A stretch of 64,000 nt of DNA from Octopus vulgaris (taxonomy: Eukaryota): positions 20,336,001 to 20,400,000 of the forward strand of contig OX597829.1 of NCBI GenBank assembly GCA_951406725.2. Direction: 5' to 3'. The notes under the pieces were generated by a model. The model ran no database searches, was not told where the DNA came from, and saw nothing but the letters and a program-made list of their open reading frames with translations. The position numbers and the translations under genes are program-made. Below are positions 58,976-64,000 of the stretch, piece by piece (position 1 is the stretch's first letter; each line of letters begins with the position of its first letter).

Positions 58976-59300
58976 TCATCATCATCATCATCATCGTTTC
59001 GCATCTGTTTTCCATGCTAGCATGGGTTGGACGGTTCTACTGGGGTCTGTGAAGCCAGAAGGCTTCATCAGGCCCAGTCAAATCTGGCAGTGTTTCTACG
59101 GCTGGATGCCCTTCCTAACGCCAACCACTCCGTGAGTGTAGTGGGTGCTTTTTACGTGCCACCCGCACAGGTGCCAGACAGAGCTGGCAAACGGCCACGA
59201 ACGGATGGTGCTTTTTATGTGCCACCGGCACGAGGGCCAGGCGAGGCTGGCAACGGACGCGAACGGATGGTGCTTTTTACGTGCCACCGGCACGAGAGCC
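58976..59300 (-). mobile_element. SINE-like copy of the (GAT)n-tailed family
   Basis: Reverse complement of 49240-49440, with internal ggtgctttttacgtgccacc repeats. Confidence 0.75.
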
Positions 59301-59515
59301 CTGTTAATTAGAAATTACTTTGATTTTTTTTATCTGGGAAAAGTAGTCCTGATACTATTTTCTTAGACATCTGCAAGAAAATTAATTAGGTAAGAGTAAA
59401 GGATTGCACTTGGCTTTTGTTGACCTGGAGAAAACCTTTAAGAAATTCTGTTGGTGTATCATCTGATGGTGTGTGAGGAAGAGAATTGGCTACTGAAAAC
59501 TATACAGGAGTGTTA

Positions 59516-59736
59516 CCCTTTTGTTACCAACCCGGCTGAAACCGGCTCTGGCTTTGTAGTACAAATGTCGTGTTTTCCTAAGTTTTGAATTAAAATCTTC
59601 CACCAAACCTTAGTCACAATTTATGTTCCTAACACTAGCTTAATGATAACCAAGTTATTTTACTAAATTCTTTGTTATATTCAAAGTAATTAAAAGAAAC
59701 TCAGAGCATCTCAAAATAAATACAGTAACGAAAGGG
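59516..59736. mobile_element. MITE with CCCTTT..GTTAC TIRs (piggyBac-like termini)
   Basis: cccttttgttac ... gtaacgaaaggg; the TTAA flanks are degenerate. Confidence 0.55.
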
Positions 59737-60144
59737 TTACAAGGGTTTTGTTTTCTGTCCCCTCCTATTCAGGCCATACAGAGGAATTGATTGATTGATG
59801 GATGGATGGATGGGTGTGTGTGTGTGTTTTATCTTCATAATAAGGAAACGCCGATAATTAATTTCGATGATACATGTAAAGACATGTGTTATCGTAATTA
59901 TCAGCGGTTCTTTATTACCAAGATAACACAGGGACACACACACATACACACACTCATAAAAAATACAGTGAAAAATTGTGGAAAACAAAACCTGTTATCT
60001 TTCGAATGAGTTGCTGAAGTATGGAACAAACTGCCTGCGTCCTCATGCTTTCCGAAATCCGGAAACTACACCTGATTATATATGCACTTTAGATGAGTTG
60101 TAGTGCACCTGAGCACTGTACACAATGTTTATTATTATTATTAT

Positions 60145-60304
60145 TATAATGTACATTCAACAATTATATTAAGGAATGGCCTTAATAGGTCATTCAACTC
60201 ACTAAAACGAGCAGCTAAACTCAAACTGTTTAGCTGCTCGTTTTAGTGAGTTGAATGACCTCATTAAGGCCATTCCTTAATATTATTGTTGAATGTACAT
60301 TATA
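60145..60304. repeat. Near-perfect hairpin, ~76-bp arms, 7-nt loop
   Basis: tataatgtacattcaac..gcagctaaac-tcaaact-gtttagctgc..gttgaatgtacattata. Confidence 0.9.
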
Positions 60305-60447
60305 TAGTCTGTTGACTATTTTTCTTTCTCACTAGACTGCTGGTGGCAAAAAAATTTCTATTGAATTTTTTGCCACCCTTATATTGATATATACATACAT
60401 ATATATATATATACATATATATTTTTATATGCATACATCATGCATAC

Positions 60448-60650
60448 ATAAAAATCATGTTTGTTTGGTAGTAAAATGTAAAGCTCCCAACCTCCCACAC
60501 TATCCCTTAAAATAGCAAAGAATCCTTAGCTACACACAAAATAAAAAAAATGCCATGAATACAGGAAGGTTCCTCTCAAATTCTTTGTAAGCTCTTAAAT
60601 ATATCTCCTTCTGTGTATATATATACTACCAAACAAATATGATTTTTATT
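60448..60650. mobile_element. ~200-bp MITE-like element with 26-bp TIRs
   Basis: ataaaaatcatgtttgtttggtagta ... tactaccaaacaaatatgatttttat. Confidence 0.6.
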
Positions 60651-60931
60651 GAACTCCTAATACTTTTGTTGAATATTTTCTTAAATATTTTCTTGTAAAC
60701 TGTTTTTAACATTTTCTTATTATTATCAAAGAATGTATATATGTATTTTAATACTTTTGTGACTACCAATACTTAACACAACAAAGCTTATACAAAGCTT
60801 TACATTTTCCTTTTGACAATCTTTTTCTAAAAAAGTGAAACCAATCAAGTGAATAAACATCTTTAAAATTGCATTTTCAAACCTTCTTTCATATATATTT
60901 CTACTCGTTAGGTACCTTCCAACTTCACTTT

Positions 60932-61003
<72 letters not shown>

Positions 61004-62410
61004 GTGAAATAGAAAGATGAATAATCTTGTAGTAGATTAATCAAAAGTTTAACCGATACCTTAGTAGCAAAAATCACAGCAGTAAACAGCACGGTTGGAG
61101 GTACAACCATATGGTGTTGCAACCGTGCGTTGGTGCGGATAATTGAAATTAAAACATTATTGGTGAATTGAAGAAATGGAGCTGAACGCAGATTGAACAG
61201 AAATCGTTTTATTTCATTCTACACGTGTTTCGAAAGGCACAAATTACCAAAATCCGATTGAATAATGGGACCATATTGTGTCTTTCTCTTCAGGAAGAAA
61301 ATAGGAAATCCGTTGGAAAAACAAAAACAGAACAGAGGCGGAGCAAAAACAAATCGAACTATGCTCCTAAGAGCCCATGGCGAAACTGTTTATCAGTGTA
61401 TGTTGAGAACCGGTGGCTGAAGAATTTAACGGGTCAGGCATCGGTCAATCATGTGGGTGAGGGTGTGTGGGTGTTCTTTGTGACCGAGAATAAAGTTCTG
61501 ACTATTTAAGGAATATTGGATGTTTTATAAGGGGCGAGAGAAAATCTACTTAGAGACGTGTGTGTGTGTGTACTGTTCTATATATGTGTGTGTTGGCGTA
61601 GGGGTAGAAAACATTTTTTGTGTACGTGTGTGCGTTTGATCGTTCGGCTGTCAGTGGCTACTGCCGCGAGAACCGTTGGGTGGCAGAAAAAAAAAAAATA
61701 TATATTTTATGTTTTATGTGTGTGTGTTCATCTAAGCCTGCCTTGTCAAGGAAACCCCCCGCTGTGAAAAAACCAAGCCCCGTTTGTCTTACAGGAGTAA
61801 TTCCCCTTGCAGTGGTTAATCGTAGATATCTTAAAGGCTATTTCAGAATTTGTTACCAAGGGCTATGGGTGCCGGTATTATTTATAAACGCTATTTAAAA
61901 GCCAGATAAGTGTAACGCCGCCAATGGGGACATCGAAAAGCCGACTGTAAAAGCCCGTTTACCATCCGGCCTCTGGCAAACAAAATATGGAAGAGTTCGG
62001 AGACGCAAAGGTTGCACTGCCTTCTGCCCCTATCAAATGGGAGGGCATATATGGTTTGTAATTCCCTTTGGTAAGCAGATTAGAACTAACCTCCCCCTCA
62101 TGTTTAGACAAGCCATCGCCAATAACTTCCCCAGAAATTCCAAATATTACTCCACGGTTAACTCGCATAAAGTTAGGATAGCTTTCTCCAACACTAAAAA
62201 CCTCGCCCAGATAATCGCCTCCCATAATAATAGGCTACTTACTAAGACCCTATCACCCTTTTCCGGAGGCTCAGCCTCTTCCGCTCCCGGTTTAATGCTC
62301 AGTAGGAATAATTATAGTAGTAATAATGATATGAGAGCCAGTACAGTGACACATAATCTCAGCTCCAGCCAGGAGTACCCACTAGGGGTATAGTTATAAA
62401 TAGGGGTGTT

Positions 62411-63052
62411 GTGGTTGACGGTAACAATGGGAGTAGGGTAGAGAGCCCCAATACCATCCCCAGCATCATTTCCCGCAATAGCAGCACCACGGGCAGTAGC
62501 AATGACAGCACTCTGATAGATAGTGGAGAATCAGGGGTTATTCCTAAAGTTAATAGTGATGTAGTGGAAAATAGAGTAGTAAGCGGCTGCAGGTCTCGGA
62601 ACGAATATAGTGACAGGAACGCAGTTCTAATTTCAAAAACTAATCCTAGCAGAATAAGATTCACGTCGGCGAACTCCAAGATCAAAAACGCCGTCTACCA
62701 ATGCAAGGTTTACACGGACTCAGATGTCTTCACTTATGTAGGGGCCTCATCCTCAAGATTGTCTTTGCGTGTCTCCAACCATTACGCAACTTTTCGGGAC
62801 ATGAACAAGCGCCAGACCACGGGACTCAGTAAGCTAATATGGCGACTGAAGGATATGAACTTAAGCTACAGGCTGGAATGGTCAATTTTGTCGGTGGCCC
62901 TCCCATTTGATAGGGGCAGAAGGCAGTGCAACCTTTGCGTCTCCGAACTCTTCCATATTTTGTTTGCCAGAGGCCGGATGGTAAACGGGCTTTTACAGTC
63001 GGCTTTTCGATGCCCCCATTGGCGGCGTTACACTTATCTGGCTTTTAAATAG
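62411..63052 (+). CDS. Penelope-like GIY-YIG endonuclease domain (5'-truncated ORF)
   Basis: NAVYQCKV..TYVGASS..RVSNHYATFR..TGLSKLIWRLKD..WSIL..PFDRGRRQCNLCVSE. Confidence 0.8.
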   Translation: MVDGNNGSRVESPNTIPSIISRNSSTTGSSNDSTLIDSGESGVIPKVNSDVVENRVVSGCRSRNEYSDRNAVLISKTNPSRIRFTSANSKIKNAVYQCKVYTDSDVFTYVGASSSRLSLRVSNHYATFRDMNKRQTTGLSKLIWRLKDMNLSYRLEWSILSVALPFDRGRRQCNLCVSELFHILFARGRMVNGLLQSAFRCPHWRRYTYLAFK

Positions 63053-63639
63053 CGTTTATAAATAATACCGGCACCCATAGCCCTTGGTAACAAATTCTGA
63101 AATAGCCTTTAAGATATCTACGATTAACCACTGCAAGGGGAATTACTCCTGTAAGACAAACGGGGCTTGGTTTTTTCACAGCGGGGGGTTTCCTTGACAA
63201 GGCAGGCTTAGATGAACACACACACACATAAAACATAATATATATATTTTTTTTTCTGCCACCCAACGGTTCTCGCGGCAGTAGCCAGTGACAGCCGAAC
63301 GATCAAACGCACACACGTACACAAAAAAATGTTTTCTACCCCTACGCCAACACACACATATATAGAACAGTACACACACACACACGTCTCTAAGTAGATT
63401 TTCTCTCGCCCCTTATAAAACATCCAATATTCCTTAAATAGTCAGAACTTTATTCTCGGTCACAAAGAACACCCACACACCCTCACCCACATGATTGACC
63501 GATGCCTGACCCGTTAAATTCTTCAGCCACCGGTTCTCAACATACACTGATAAACAGTTTCGCCATGGGCTCTTAGGAGCATAGTTCGATTTGTTTTTGC
63601 TCCGCCTCTGTTCTGTTTTTGTTTTTCCAACGGATTTCC

Positions 63640-63733
63640 TATTTTCTTCCTGAAGAGAAAGACACAATATGGTCCCATTATTCAATCGGATTTTGGTAAT
63701 TTGTGCCTTTCGAAACACGTGTAGAATGAAATA
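63640..63733 (+). ncRNA. Hammerhead ribozyme motif in pLTR (inverted copy at 61210-61303)
   Basis: ttc-CTGAAGA-gaaagacacaa..ttgtgcctttc-GAA-ACACGTGT-A-gaa: intact core, palindromic stem III, GUA cleavage triplet. Confidence 0.7.
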
Positions 63734-63811
63734 AAACGATTTCTGTTCAATCTGCGTTCAGCTCCATTTCTTCAATTCACCAATAATGTTTATATATATA
63801 TATATATATAT

Positions 63812-64000
63812 CAGTGGCGTGCGGTGACTTCCGGGGCTGGGCATGCAATGAATTTCTTTGCCCCCCCCCCCCGTCGGGCAATTTTTCAGTAAAAAAATTT
63901 TCGAATTCCTACGATTTACATATGGGAGATTCTGAATATGCGATCACCCCCGTATGACCTAGAATAGAAAAAAAAACGTCGCCCTGGTACTATATAAGAA
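63812..64000 (+). mobile_element. Possible hAT-like element start
   Basis: CAGTGGCGTGC start after a TA run; the other end is outside the window. Confidence 0.3.

Larger units (their letters stand above)
61002..63791 (+). mobile_element. 5'-truncated Penelope-like element with an inverted 3'/pLTR duplication, inside (TA)n
   Basis: 61152-62046 is the reverse complement of 62897-63791. The centre encodes an RT thumb-like segment (IWFVIPFGKQIRTN..KVRIAFSNTKNLAQIIASHN) and a GIY-YIG domain. Confidence 0.88.

Noticed and set aside
61225-61898. Identical small ORFs at 61225/63434 and 61558/63176
   Set aside because: By-products of the PLE inverted duplication, antisense to the element, with no recognisable domains.

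Overview
Eukaryotic, AT-rich, transposon-dense window. The SINE families, CR1/RTE/Penelope content and tandem C2H2 gene suggest an octopus/cephalopod genome (inference). The only clear host gene is a single-exon 9-finger C2H2 zinc-finger ORF (57.5-58.3 kb). From ~16.8 to 53.5 kb there is a cluster of APE-RT LINEs (CR1/L2-like group) from two subgroups, here called A/B and C/D/E. They lie in both orientations and almost every intact end abuts a (TA)n tract. Their ORF1 is unusual: an N-terminal Myb/SANT-like (trihelix-type) domain plus CCCH zinc finger(s). They share a covarying double stem-loop at the 3' end, which is also the 3' tail of the most abundant SINE here. The C/D subgroup has a conserved UUU-UAG-C candidate +1 frameshift site between ORF1 and ORF2. 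Together these point to a candidate (TA)n-targeting LINE/SINE system. Also present are Penelope-like elements with hammerhead-ribozyme motifs, Gypsy, mariner and Chapaev-like remnants, MITEs, a 5S pseudogene, satellites, one N gap, and TA-corrupted LINE copies that are probably assembly artefacts. All family assignments are by eye; no searches were run.
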